From positions 143,778,001-143,842,000 of the forward strand of contig OX597817.1 of assembly GCA_951406725.2 (NCBI GenBank): DNA of 64,000 nucleotides, read 5' to 3'. Under the pieces are notes generated by a model. The model did no database searches and was not told the origin of the DNA. It worked only from the letters and a program-made list of their open reading frames with translations. Below are positions 14,176 through 27,724 of the stretch, piece by piece (position 1 is the first letter of the stretch; every line of letters starts with the position of its first letter). The stretch is from Octopus vulgaris. Lineage: Eukaryota. The position numbers and the translations under genes were made by a program.

Positions 14176-14484
14176 GTAAAGAGAATTCTTCCGAGACCAA
14201 TAAAACCGGTAATAACTCAATTTAAATATTTACAGTAGAAATATAGCAGTGACAAAGTCGCAGAAGTACGACAGAAATTTTGATGCCTGTTGAAATAAAC
14301 GAAGATTTAACAGCTAAAATAGTTACACATGCGCTAAAATTTACTCAGTAAAACATTTTTATATGAAAATTTTTCTCTGTAGAAAAACTTTTCAGTATTA
14401 TGTGATTCTTTCTCTTTGTCTGACCGCATGCGTGCATGTGTGTGTTTGTGAATAAATATACACAGCTCTGGTGCGCGCGCACGG

Positions 14485-14538
<54 letters not shown>

Positions 14539-15119
14539 AGATTTAGCAGGTTATGAAGCTCGCATTCATGGCTATATGGTTAAGAAGCTCCTTGTGTAAC
14601 CACGTGATGTCGTGTTCAATCCCGAAAAGCGTCATCAACTATAACTCCGGATAGACCCAATGTCTTGTGAGTAAATTTAGAAGATGAAAACTACAGAGAA
14701 GCCCGTCATATATACATACATACATACATACATATAGACATACATACATATAGACATACATACGTACACCATACGTACATACATGTCAGCGTTTATATAT
14801 ACTTTTGGGACACCCTGTATTATATATATATATATGTACACACACACACACACACACACACACAAGAAACAGTGAGGGATCATCAATCCAGGCAAAATAC
14901 TTCATAAGCTCTCTATTAGCATATCAGGCAAACTATATTACTTAGATTACTGAAGAACTCTAAGTAAACTTTTGTTATGTTCCACAGTTATGGTTCATCA
15001 CAATTCTATATTGTAAATCCGTGGACGGGCTTCAGATAAACAGGTTTTTACAGAGTGATATATAAGAGACAAGTTAAAGTAAAGGTCATTGCATATAACT
15101 CTTTCATTATAGCAAATTT

Positions 15120-15231
15120 GGCTTACAGCCGTTTCCAGTAGTCATTACAGATAGGTTTACTCAATTGATGTATTGATCAATTGAGGTAAATTGAAAGACC
15201 TAAGACAATTAATGATTCCTTCGTCAGAGCC
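15120..15231 (-). ncRNA. Hammerhead ribozyme motif (older PLE pLTR remnant)
   Basis: GGCT-CTGACGA-...long stem II with CTCAATTGAT/ATCAATTGAG hairpin...-GAAAC-GGCT-GTA-AGCC. Confidence 0.6.
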
Positions 15232-15517
15232 ATTGCTGGAAATAAACAGAGTACTTGAAGAAGTGCTTTGTTATATATATATATATATATACGCGGAGTA
15301 CATGAAACAGGGGACAACTAATGAATGTAATGTTCTTCGTGTTGCATGTCTCGTTTCTCTGGGGTTTTTTTACGTTGATCGAAAAAAGGTTCGTTTTCTA
15401 TGTTTTTATTTTTATGTTTTCGTTTCTCATTGTGTCTACGTTTTTTGATGTCCTGTACCAATATATGCATGTATATATACATATATATGTAGGTATGTAC
15501 ATATATGTATGCATATA

Positions 15518-15565
<48 letters not shown>

Positions 15566-15639
15566 TATATATATATTTATATATATATACACATGTAGAC
15601 ATATATGTGTGTGTATGTATATATATGCATATATATGTG

Positions 15640-15671
<32 letters not shown>

Positions 15672-16061
15672 TGAGTAGTTGAATGAATTATCTTATTAAG
15701 GATAATTCGAAAGATAACCGATACCTGGGTAGCAAATTCACATCAGAAATAACGCGGTTGAAGTTACGTCCCTAGGGTATAGACTACGTGCTTTCGTGCA
15801 GAAATTTGTATGTTTATTTTAAAAATATAAGTTTATGAAAGAATGGAGTTGAACGACTTGTTAACAAATTTCCTGATCAATTGAGGTAAATTGAAAGACC
15901 TAAGACAATTAATGATTCCTTCGTCAGATTCCTTCGATTCCTTAATTAATGATTCCTTCGTCAGATTCCTTCGAATTATCCTTAATAAGATAATTCATTC
16001 AACTACTCAAATATTCATATACAGCTCCATTCAGATCCTGCTACCTTAACCGATACCGCAA

Positions 16062-18700
16062 ATGGAGCTGTTCGAGATTAACGCATCCCTTAAGGATATA
16101 CCAATACCACCAAAAGAAACCTTCCTTAAGGAAATTGTCAACAAAACAAATGCATTCATCAGCCGAATTAGATGGCTCGCTTTCTTCCATGATAACGAGG
16201 ACTTAAAACAGAACGGTACAGAAACATCTTCCGAATATAAGAAGCTATTCAAGTCGAGGGAGACACCTCCACCCAATCCCAGACTGAAGAAATTTGAGGA
16301 CAACTTGTGGGACATTGTAAGGAGCATTAAATTCTGTAAATCGCCCCTTAGGAATAAACACCTTAGATACCTCAACAAAATTACCAAAGATATAAACAGC
16401 TCAGACACTATCCTGGTCCAATCAGATAAAACCAGGAATACATACAAGCTAGCAAAAAAACAGTATTTAGAATTGCTCAAGAAGGAAATACAGAAGAATT
16501 ACAGAACTACGAATAAGAATACACTAAGAAAAGCCAACTTGGAAATTAAGAAAATCATGGTTACTCATGGTTTACAAATGAAAACACAACCACTTAACCC
16601 AAGGCAACCAAGATTCATCGTCAAGGACCATAAACCAAACTTCCAAACCAACCCAGCATTAAGGCTCATTTGCCCTTCTAGTTCCAACATCGGTTCAACC
16701 AGTAAGTACATTTTAGATAAATACATACCTAGATTAGTTAATAAGCTTAAACTCAACATATGGTCTAACTCCACTCAAGTCGTAGAATGGTTCTCTTCCA
16801 TTTCTAATAAAAACAGCACTAAATTCATTCAATTTGATATTTCTAATTTCTACCCTTCGATAAACCCCAGCGTGCTTAATAAGGCCCTATGGCACGCACA
16901 TAATAAGGCAGGCCTCACAAGGGAGGAAATTAATATAATTCTAGCCGCTAGAAAATCCTTCATACAGTTCGATGATAAGTTATGGGTCCGTAAGGATACT
17001 CCCAACGCGTTCGATGTACCAATGGGAAGCTCAGATAGCGCCCAGATAGCCGATTTGGTCGGAATCTATATTCTCTATGAATTAGCCGACCAATTCCCGG
17101 ACATCTGCGGCGGTCTGTATCGAGACGATTGTCTTTTTTACCTACAGAATGCCCCGAACAGTATGATACAGAAGACTAAAAATAGATAAGCTAGATTTTT
17201 AAGCAGGATGGGCATGAGTATAGTTTTTGACAACGAACTAAGGCCAATTTCTTAGATGTTACCCTAAATCTGCATAATAATTCTTACTTCCCTTACCATA
17301 AGCCGTCTACGAACCTAAAATATGTCAGTATTTTCAGTAACCATGCAAAAACTATCACCGATAATTTGGTTAAAAATATATCCTTAAGACTATCAAATTT
17401 ATCTGCAAATGTCGACATTTTTAAACAAAAAGCGGAATTTTATAACGCCGCCTTGTCAAAGGCCGGTTATAGGGATAAGGTATCATATATAGATCCGGCC
17501 TATCCTAAACTAATATTTACCCATCAAGATAAGATAACTACTAATAATAATATAAATAACATAATTAGTGATTTCAGCTCTAGCAACGTCGACACTAATA
17601 TATTTAACAAAAATAATTTGCGGACCAGGGAGGCCATCGTAAACCAAAACCCATTCTACTACACAGAAATACGCCCTTTAATGTAAATGTTAATACTCTG
17701 AGCCATTCCAAGAACAAAAAAAAACTATATCTGGTTTGTGATTCCTTTCGGGAAACAAATCAGGTCTAACCTCCCTTTACAATTCCGTGAAGCTGTAGCT
17801 AAGAATTTTCCTAGGAATCCTAGATATTACTCCACTATAAATTCGCATAAAGTAAGGATTGCATTCTCAAATACTAAAAATCTATCGCAGATAATAGCCT
17901 CCCACAATAATAAGCTGCTAAATAAGGTCTCATCACCCATGAGTAGCGACACCGCCCTTACCCATTCCAACGTAACATACAATAATAATAATAATAATAG
18001 AAGAAGTATGGATATTAGCAACATTCATAGCAGCATTGGCGTTAGCAATAGTAATAATGATAATAACATTAACCAGATTATTAACAGTGGTGGTGTTAGT
18101 GGTAATAGTAACAGCATTCTTAATAACAGTTATATTATTGATGATAATAATCGCAGCATTCCTATAGCCACGGAATTTGCCAACGGTATTACAACTAATA
18201 GTAATGATAATAAGATGAATAGTATCATGGCCAAAGCCAGCAACAATTTTTACACCTATCACAACAATAAAAACTCTGTCTTAATATCGGAAACCAGCCC
18301 CAACAGATTAAAGTTCTTATCCAAAAATTCCAAAATTAGAAACACCACTTACCAGTGCAAAATTACTTCTGGAACCGATGTCTACTTCTACATTGGCGCA
18401 ACTAAATTATCCCAAAGGATCTCCAACCATTATTCTACTTTCCGAGATAAGAGAAAGCAACACAGCACGGGGCTAAGCAAATTAGTCTGGCGTATGAAGA
18501 ACAATAATACTACTTTCAAGCTTTCAATGGTCCATTTTGTCGGTGTCCTTCCCGTTTGATAAGGGCAGAAAATTTTGTGGCATCTGTAATTCCGAACTTT
18601 TTCATATTTTGTTCGCCAAAGTCCCTTTAATAAATACAATCGTCGAAAGGTCCTACAGGTTTTACACTGGAAACGACACACCTTTCACTCATATGAATAG
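16062..18700 (+). pseudogene. Frameshifted PLE reverse transcriptase / GIY-YIG endonuclease ORF
   Basis: SDKTRNTYKL, PRFIVKDHKPNF, RLICP, FIQFDISNFYPSI, VPMGSSDS, GLYRDDCL (16062-17189). After a frameshift: ANFLDVTLNL..YFPYHKP..SNH (~17245-17345). Then YQCKITSGTDVYFYIGAT..RISNHYSTF..STGLSKLVW (GIY-YIG) and FCGICNSE. Several frameshifts and stops. Confidence 0.88.
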
Positions 18701-19259
18701 TGACTAACATAGATAACCCCTCGATTTCCAAAAAAGTTTTGTTATATTTCACCCCAATAGTCAAAAGATTTTCTTATAATTCCAAGAACTACTACCCATT
18801 CCAGCGTTGCGTCTCACCTCGCCCGACTCTTCCTCCCTTTCTCTCTCTACTTCCCTTTATCTACAGCAAACACAATCGAACACACAGACAGAGACCTCTC
18901 ACTTCACAGCTGTCAGTTTTCTGACATCTACCCATCCACAAACACAATCACGCATTCACACACACACATACACACATTATGACAGTTATATACAGCCACG
19001 CACACAAGCACTCATTGATAAAAGAAATCAATTAAACCCACCATTCTTTTGACCTGCACCCTCTCACCTTACTGTTCTTATGCCTCCCTCCTCCTACGTC
19101 ATTTGAACCCTTGAACCTTTAGATCCTTCTAGATTCTTCTACATTCAGACACTCTGACGTCACTCCTTATAAACAGACACTCATTATCGCCATGGGCTCC
19201 TTGAGAGCAGTCAGCTAAAAGTTTTTTGTGCATTTTGATGTCGACATAAGTTCCTTGAC

Positions 19260-19340
19260 TTTCCTGATGAGAAATCTGCATAATGTACTCCTTATTCCTT
19301 CGAAATTAGGAATATGCAGCCTTCGAAACATATGTCGAAA
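19260..19340 (+). ncRNA. Type I hammerhead ribozyme in PLE 3' pseudo-LTR
   Basis: TTTC-CTGATGA-[stem II GAA..CTGCATA / TATGCAG..TTC]-GAAAC-ATAT-GTC-GAAA. Stem I TTTC/GAAA, minimal palindromic stem III, predicted GUC cleavage after 19336. Confidence 0.8.
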
Positions 19341-19387
19341 ATAAAGGAAATTTGTTAACAAGTCGTTCAACTCCATTCTTTCATAAA

Positions 19388-19473
<86 letters not shown>

Positions 19474-19797
19474 GGGAGCACTCCGTCGGTTACGAGGACG
19501 AGCGTCCCAGCTGATCCGATCAACTGAACAGCTTGCTTGTGAAATTAATGTATAAGTGGCTGAGCACTCCACGGACACGTGTATCCTTAACGTAGTTCTC
19601 GGGGAGATTCAGCATGTCACAGAGTGTGAAAAGGTTGGCCCTTTGAAATACAGGTACTTCTCATTTTTGTCAGCTGAGTGGACTGGAGCAACGTGAAATA
19701 AAGTGTCTTGCTCAAGGACACAATGCGGCGCAGAGAATTGAACTCACGACCTTACGATCGTGAGCCGAAAGCCCTAACCACTAAACCACGCACCTTC
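19474..19797 (-). mobile_element. tRNA-derived SINE, third family (tail CTTGTCACACTCTGTGTCACGCTGAATCTCC...GTCGTAACCGACGGAG)
   Basis: A and B boxes plus CORE-like CTTGAGCAAGACACTT on the minus strand. Related copies at ~20630-20910(-), 20995-21385(-), 45790-46105, 46276-46651(-), 47141-47458(-), 48280-48643. Confidence 0.8.
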
Positions 19798-20254
19798 ATA
19801 CACACACTCACACAGACACATACACATACATACACACACATATAATTCTTTAACAAGAACACTAACAGCGAATTTCCGGTCAGTTAAGTCATCATCAGAC
19901 CAATGTTATGACGGCTTAGCAGGTCCAAAATTGGAAGGCATTGTCAATAGTATTCTTGCTAAAAAAAAATGATGAATTTATACTCTACCACATGTATTGA
20001 GTCATCTTTCAACTTAATGCAAAATTGCTTTTATTGTGACATAAAAACAAACATTAATATATATGTATATCTATGTGTGTGTGTATGAGTGTGTGTGTAT
20101 GAGTGTGTGTGTATGAGTGTGTTTGTGTGAGTGTGTGTGTGTGTGTGTGAGTGAAGGAGGTGTGTGTGTGTGAGTGAAGGAGGTGTGTGTGTACATGCGT
20201 GTGAGTGTGTGTATACATTCATATATACGTACGTACGTTCATACATTTACTGTG

Positions 20255-20565
20255 TTATTCATCTGGAAGACACTGGATGGATTCGTACCAAAGTTTGGCA
20301 TTGCATGATGCCAGGGATCCCAGCATCGTCATCAAGATACAAGACCAGGTACGGCAACAGCTTCGGTTTCAAGAGCCCACACCTTTTTATTATCCTTCCA
20401 TAACGCTTGAGAGACCTGCATGGTGTGAATGTAAACGTCTTCAAAACAAAACTAAACCGCCTCCTCTGTTGGGGATACCGGATGTTCTTACCTCACGACA
20501 GGAAACACAGATGAGTGCGGCAGTATCAAACACCCTCATTTACCAAATGCCATATATCAAAGGTT
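20255..20565 (+). mobile_element. CR1/L2-group LINE extreme 3' fragment
   Basis: IWKTLDGFVPKFG..NSFGFKSPHLFIILP*RLRDLHG..VFKTKL..IPD..AAVSNTLIYQ, typical of this group's C-terminus. Confidence 0.55.
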
Positions 20566-21666
20566 TCAAGTAGTGAAGGTGTGACAATATATATGTGTGT
20601 GTATTTTGTTATTTGTTCCTTCTCGACACATGCCTGGCTCATAAGTTTCGGTTTCCCGGTTTCTTGGCGTATAGGTTCCCCACCTTGACGGGACGCCGGT
20701 CCGTCGTAGGTGAGCTGCAAGATGCAGGAAGAAAGAGTGAGAGAAAGTTGTGGTGAAAGAGTCAGCACAAGTTTCGCCATTACCTTCTGCCGGAGCTGCG
20801 TGGAGCTTAGATGTTTCGCTCATAAACACACACATCGCTCGGTCTGAGATTCGAACCCGCGATCCTTCGACCGCGAGTCCGCTGCTCTAACGACTAGGCC
20901 ATGTGCCTCCACGTATCTGTGTGTGTGTGTGTGTGCGTGTGTGCGTGCGTGTGTGTGTGTGTATATATATACATACGTACGTACAAATTTGTGGTGGCAC
21001 TCCGTCAGTTACGACGACGAGGGTTCCAGTTGATCGATCAACAGAACAGCCTACTCATAAAATTAATGTGCAAGTGGTTGAGTACGCCCCACAGATATGT
21101 GTACCTTTAATATAGTTCTTGGGGAGATTCAGCGTGACACAGAGTGTGACAAGGCTGAGCCATTGAAATACAGGTACAACAGAAACAAGAAGAAAGAGTG
21201 AGAGATAGTAAGTTGTGGTGAAAGAGTACAGCAGGGTTCGGCACCCACCCACCCACCTGTCGGAACCTCGTGGAACTTTAGGTGTTTTCAATCAATAAAC
21301 ATTCACAACGTCCGGTCTGGGAATCGAAATCGTGATACTACAGCTGCGAGCCCACTGCCCTAACCACTGGGCCATTGCACCTCCACACATGTAAATAAAC
21401 ACACACACACAGATATATGTATACTTATTCATATAAATGACCCAGCGTGGCGCAGATCTTCGGCTAAAACTTGTAAATGTGTGTGTGTATGTATATATTT
21501 GTTAATTTTTAGTTCAAGGACTGTGGCTATGCTGGGGCAACGCCATTTATTTTGATACACTATCACGAAACCTCCTCTGATGTGTGGACATTTGGTGGAT
21601 GAGGGAGTTTACGTTGCTGCCCTCATCTGTGTTTCTCGCCTTGTGATAAGTTCATCCCATATGCAC

Positions 21667-21726
<60 letters not shown>

Positions 21727-21975
21727 ATATACTTGTATATACATGCATACATAGACGTATGCATGTACTGAGAGAGGGTGAAAAAGAAAAAGAGACAGAG
21801 GGAGACAGAGTGAAAGTGAAGGGGAGATATCCTGAGGTTTCATACACGCATAAATATTCAGAATTATCAGAGACATTCGTAAATATATGAATACATTGAT
21901 GCATAAATATACATATATTCGTGCATGCATATATCCATACAAACACATACATACACAAAAAAAAAATATATATAC

Positions 21976-22079
<104 letters not shown>

Positions 22080-22648
22080 GTATGTATATATAAAACAAAC
22101 AGATGGTATTAGTATAACGCTCAGGAATAGAAAAAGTCTTTTACGTTTCGAGCCTACGCTCTTCTACAGAAAGGGACACAGAAAAAACAAGGAGAGAAAA
22201 AAAGGAGAGTAAAAAAAATGAGAGTATATATATATATATATACATATACATATACATATATATAAAACAATTGTAAAGGTGACCAACACGTCAAGTTGAA
22301 TATATTTTAATATACACTGGTGCGTAATATATCTACATGTACAATCACAAATAATAAAATAACATATATATATATATATACGTTATTTCAGTCATATATA
22401 TATATATATATATTTACATATATTTACATGTATGTATATACATACACATCTATATATATATATATGTGTGTCTGTGTGTGAGTGTGTGAGTGCGTGTGAG
22501 TGTGTGTATAAGTAAACCCATAAATTTCTGTGTTCAAACGTACATGTATCTGTATATTTATGTAAATGTTTATGATATAAAAAGTGATGGTTCGTACGTG
22601 CACAATCAGCATATATTCTTCTCTCTGAATTTAAGTCCATGTTTGCTC

Positions 22649-22704
<56 letters not shown>

Positions 22705-22707
22705 ATG

Positions 22708-22759
<52 letters not shown>

Positions 22760-22816
22760 CATATATATTTGCATATATGTGTATATATATATATATATGT
22801 ATGTGTGTATGTGTGA

Positions 22817-22869
<53 letters not shown>

Positions 22870-22952
22870 CGAATTGAAACGTATTTTCACGCTTTTGCTG
22901 CTCTATGACTGTATTCATTTAACGTATGTATGCACGTCACAGTGATTAGTGA

Positions 22953-23001
<49 letters not shown>

Positions 23002-23106
23002 TGCGTTTACATATCTATAAGTCTGTGTGTATAAGTGTCATATATGTGTTTATGCTGTGAACATCCAAATACCTGCTCCGCAATGTCTCGAGTGTTGAAA
23101 TGTCCA

Positions 23107-24237
23107 TCAATAAAATAAATGTGTTTGTTGCTGGTCACACGATCCTCCGGTACTCCGAGTCCCTGCTTGGACGATGGAACAGATGTGTTTGATCCTGGAA
23201 TCTGTCAATGCTGTAATGACTGTCCATTGACCATTTGACCGGTTGGCATGGTTAGTCTTTATCATTCGGGCATGCGAAACAATGCCTGATATACGAAAAC
23301 CCTTTTGCTGATTGTACGTAAATACGGCTGAGCCGGAATGACCACTGCCAGCTCCGCAAACTCTTGTAATGAGATTATGATTCATGAATAATCTTCCGGT
23401 TTCCCATGGACATGTGTTAATCGAGAACTTCAGTTCCTGTTTAAATGTAAACCCCATATAATACATATCAAATGCCATAGTGTTCCTGTCCGGAGCCTTC
23501 AGTTTCATAAACTCTCTGCGTCCAGTTACTTCTACGGCCAATTCTAAAACAGCGTAATCGTTTACATATCGTTCAGTGTCCACCAAGTTGTCAACTAGTA
23601 ACCAACCTTTTGGTACCGTAATGCGTTTGACATAGTGGATTCTTCGGCTTAATATCGTCTCTTGAATTATCACTTGTAGATTTGTGAAACTTGTTCTGCC
23701 ATTGTGAACACAATGGGCGGCAGTTAGAACAAACTGTGCAGAAAGAAGTGTCCCAGAACAACCGGAAGAAAGGATCACAACATTTTTACCAAAGTCCCTC
23801 AAAGGATATAACAACCTTGCAGAAATACAAGAATATCTTTTATGCTGGTTTCTCTTATCAGGGATTCTTTTATGCCAAGTGGAGCCATTCCGTTTTTTAT
23901 GAATTGACAAAGGTGTTTCTTCCTTACGGAGAGATTTTCTGAAGTGAAAGTAACTTCTGATGATACTTAAATAACTTTGGTAGGGTTGGTTGTTGATCAA
24001 AGGAAAATTACTATTCAGAGAAGAGATGGTAAAAAGAACTTTCGATACATCTACAAGAAGATTATTTTCAGAAGATAAGAGTTCATGACTCAGTTCGGAG
24101 ATGATTGTTTCGTAATTGTTATCATAAAGATTTGTTGCTGACATAAAACCGATCAAAGTACAGAGAAACATATAGAAATAGGTTCTTTCGGGAGTTAAGA
24201 GCATTCTTGACATAAATTTAACAAAGGGTGAAGTCAT
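23107..24237 (-). CDS. Secreted trypsin-fold (S1) serine protease, PRSS23/PRSS35-like, single coding exon
   Basis: 376-aa ORF in non-repetitive sequence. Hydrophobic N-terminal signal/anchor (YFYMFLCTLIGFMSA), basic putative processing sites (RKSLRK, HKKR, HKR), GCSGTLL..VLTAAHCVHNG (catalytic His), NDYAVLEL (Asp), CGAGSGHSGSAVF (Ser). The GxSGS form resembles PRSS23 (GASGSGV). Confidence 0.9.
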   Translation of the reverse strand: MTSPFVKFMSRMLLTPERTYFYMFLCTLIGFMSATNLYDNNYETIISELSHELLSSENNLLVDVSKVLFTISSLNSNFPLINNQPYQSYLSIIRSYFHFRKSLRKEETPLSIHKKRNGSTWHKRIPDKRNQHKRYSCISARLLYPLRDFGKNVVILSSGCSGTLLSAQFVLTAAHCVHNGRTSFTNLQVIIQETILSRRIHYVKRITVPKGWLLVDNLVDTERYVNDYAVLELAVEVTGRREFMKLKAPDRNTMAFDMYYMGFTFKQELKFSINTCPWETGRLFMNHNLITRVCGAGSGHSGSAVFTYNQQKGFRISGIVSHARMIKTNHANRSNGQWTVITALTDSRIKHICSIVQAGTRSTGGSCDQQQTHLFY

Positions 24238-24951
24238 GACTTAAATAATGATTGCTTCAAACAAATAAACAGTTGCATAAAGAGGAACCATTGAGAAAAC
24301 AGATATTTTTCGTTTTAGATTTTGTTATGAATATTTTTGTAGCTTTTCTGAGATTAAATTATAATGAAATAATTATCGCGGAGCAATTGTATACGAATAT
24401 CAAACGATATATCAAACGAATATCAATCCAGCGACTCACCTTCTCACCAAGCATTTAAATTCCAACTCTAGAGATGACTGTAATATCTTTCCGGCAGCTG
24501 TTATGCTTCAATAATTAATGTCCAGTTAAAGCTTTTTGACAAACTCCTCATTGTTATTCTAGTTCCTTCCGTTCTATATTGATCCTCTAAAATATCTCTC
24601 GTTATTACACCGTACGTAATCCAAGCAATTAAATCCATTCCTAATTAGAAAATTAAGCACTGGTCACAGTTATTTTTTCTTTTGCAATTAAAAAAAAAAA
24701 TTATTTTTTCATCGTTTTCTTTCATTTTTTTCAACTAATAACCAATAATTTTGAAGACGATGGTCGAAAGTAATGGCAAAGTATTGGCTCCGAATTCCAA
24801 CAGAGAAGAGTTTTTCTCTTTCAGTGTCGTTTTAAACTGACAAGTTCTTTGACAAATGAATGGAATAAAAATCGACAGAAGTCTGACAGTTAAAAAAAAA
24901 ATTGCCTATTCTTTGTTCTTTTTTCTTAAACTAAAAAGAAAGAAAGAAGGA

Positions 24952-24999
<48 letters not shown>

Positions 25000-25260
25000 A
25001 ATAAAGAACGAAAGAAAGAAAGATGTGTGGGTGTTGTGTAGTTTTTTTGTATTTTTTTTGTTTTGTATCTTATGAATTTCTTTTTGTTTAAACAGTTTTA
25101 TCAAAAGTTTGATGTACGATCTCTACACACATATATATTTATATATAATGTAACGGTAGCACAACGGAGGCACAACGTAAGGTCGGTGCTAAAGCAACAA
25201 CACAATTCATCTTTGCTTGTGACATTTATGAAGAAGATATCCAAAGAAATGATTGAAATC

Positions 25261-25415
25261 ATCGGATTGGTTTCAGCTGTTTGTGTGATGTCAAAATTTT
25301 CCCGCCCACATCACCGCGAAATATCTGCCCTTACCAACTAAATGATAATTGTTAATGGCGCAAACGAAATATATTCCAATGTAATAATCATAATCGGATA
25401 TGTCGATTGGCCGAG
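25261..25415. promoter_or_regulatory. Candidate promoter motif cluster ~1.1 kb upstream of the protease ATG
   Basis: Three CCAAT/ATTGG boxes (25266, 25376, 25406) and E2F-like TTTCCCGC (25298), CGCGAAA (25315) and GGCGCAAA (25357) in a CpG-containing non-repeat island. Confidence 0.3.
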
Positions 25416-25602
25416 AAATGCAGACGAGAGGTGATCGGCTGTTATAGAATGATGGGGGTTACTGTGAGTGCAGCAGAGATGTGTGTACGTGTGTCTCTAT
25501 GTAAGTGAGTGCTTATGTATTGGAAGCGTAGGCGTGTAGGAGGACATGTGGAGACACTCAGACACACACAAACATACACACCGCTCACGCACACACACTG
25601 CT

Positions 25603-25654
<52 letters not shown>

Positions 25655-25804
25655 ACTCATGCGCACTCATAACACATGTGAAAACAAACGTATGTTCATG
25701 GAGAAACTATATTAAAAGTATTGAGTGCGTCGTCTATATATCTATATACCTTTATATTTGCTCATGTATCGCTCTCACACTTTCTGTACCCACATACACA
25801 CACA

Positions 25805-25867
<63 letters not shown>

Positions 25868-25954
25868 ACATACTCTTTTACTCTTATACTAGCTTCAGCC
25901 AGGCGGCCGTGGTCATGCTGGAGTACCACCATATGTATATCTATATATGTATGC

Positions 25955-26016
<62 letters not shown>

Positions 26017-26019
26017 ATG

Positions 26020-26078
<59 letters not shown>

Positions 26079-26487
26079 CTATATATATATTTATGTGTAT
26101 GTATATATATATATATAAACTCATAGTTATGTGTAGTTACAGTATTATGGCTACAAATTTGAGAGCGTATCTGTAGAAGCAAAGTAAATTGCATCCTGTT
26201 CGCCTGTGTGGCTGAACATGTGTATTGAAATATCAGGCAATATCAGGTGTATATGTTTGTTAGAGTTTATAGATTCGCATTCATGTTAGGTGTATATCAT
26301 AGTATAATTCTCTGCATTAGTTGTACATTCAACACACACACACACGCACACACACGCACGCACGCACGCACACACTCAGACACACAATGGAAATAAAAAT
26401 TATCTTAGTATGAGTGTAAATATAAAAATATGCGTGCTTGTATATATAACGACGAAACACATAGGTAAAATATATATATATACATAT

Positions 26488-26638
26488 AGGCGCAGGAGTG
26501 GCTGTGTGGTAAGTAGCTTGTTAACCAGCCCCATGGTTCCGGTTTCAGTCCCACTGCGTGGCATCTTGGGCAAGTGTCTTCTGCTATGCCTTGTGAGTGG
26601 ATTTGGTAGACGGAAACTGAAAGAAGCCTGTCGTATGT

Positions 26639-26688
<50 letters not shown>

Positions 26689-26885
26689 GGGGGGGGGTGT
26701 TTGTCCCCCAAGCATTGCTTGACAACCGATGTTGGTGTGTTTACGTCCCCGTCACTTAGCGGTTCGGCAAAAGAGACCGATAGAATAAGTACTGGGCTTA
26801 CAAAGAATAAGTCCCGGGGTCGATTTGATCGACTAAAGGCGGTGCTCCAGCATAGCCGCAGTCAAATGACTGAAACAAGTAAAAA
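26488..26885 (+). mobile_element. CORE-type SINE, same family as 13729-14137
   Basis: Same head, internal (TA)n and tail. Confidence 0.85.
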
Positions 26886-26892
26886 AAATACA

Positions 26893-26944
<52 letters not shown>

Positions 26945-27049
26945 CACACATATATATATATACATACGCATACTTACATATATAAATTCTTAAATTAATT
27001 TAGGAAGACAAAATAGCAGTAATTAGAAACATAATTATTCATTAAAATA

Positions 27050-27117
<68 letters not shown>

Positions 27118-27617
27118 TACATACATACATATATAAACACACACATACATACATACACACACAAACACACACACACACACTCACACACACACACACATTA
27201 ATATTAAGGCGGCGAGCTGGCAGAATCGATAGCATGCCGAGCGAAATGCTTAGCCGTATTTCATCTGTCTGTATGTTGTGAGTTCAAATTCCGCCGAGGT
27301 GACTCTGCCTTTCATCCATTCGGGGTCGATAAATTAAGTACCAGTTTCATACTGGGGTCAATCTAATCGACTGGCTCTCTCCCACAAAATTGTACATAGA
27401 GTAGAAAAGTATATGTGTTTGTGTGTGTGTGTGTGTGTAAAGGTGCGTGGTTTGGTGGCTCCCGATCGCTAGGTCGTGAGTTCAGTTCCTGACGACGCTG
27501 AACTGGCAAAAATGAGTAGCACCCATCTTGTCATTCGTTAATTTCAAGAGCTGGCTATTCTGTTGATTGAATCAACTGGAAAATTCATCGTCGTAACCTA
27601 CGGAGATCCAGTATATG

Positions 27618-27656
<39 letters not shown>

Positions 27657-27724
27657 ACACAAACGCACACATATGTATATGTATATATATATTCACCATG
27701 ATTGACCGCTAGCCACTAAATCGT

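Larger units (their letters stand above)
15672..19389 (+). mobile_element. Penelope-like retroelement (RT + C-terminal GIY-YIG), near full length, with pseudo-LTR and inverted 5' piece
   Basis: Contains PLE RT and GIY-YIG motifs and a 3' hammerhead ribozyme. 15830-15874 is the reverse complement of 19345-19389, and 15672-15711 is the reverse complement of ~15970-16011. Flanked by (TA)n on both sides. Confidence 0.9.
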
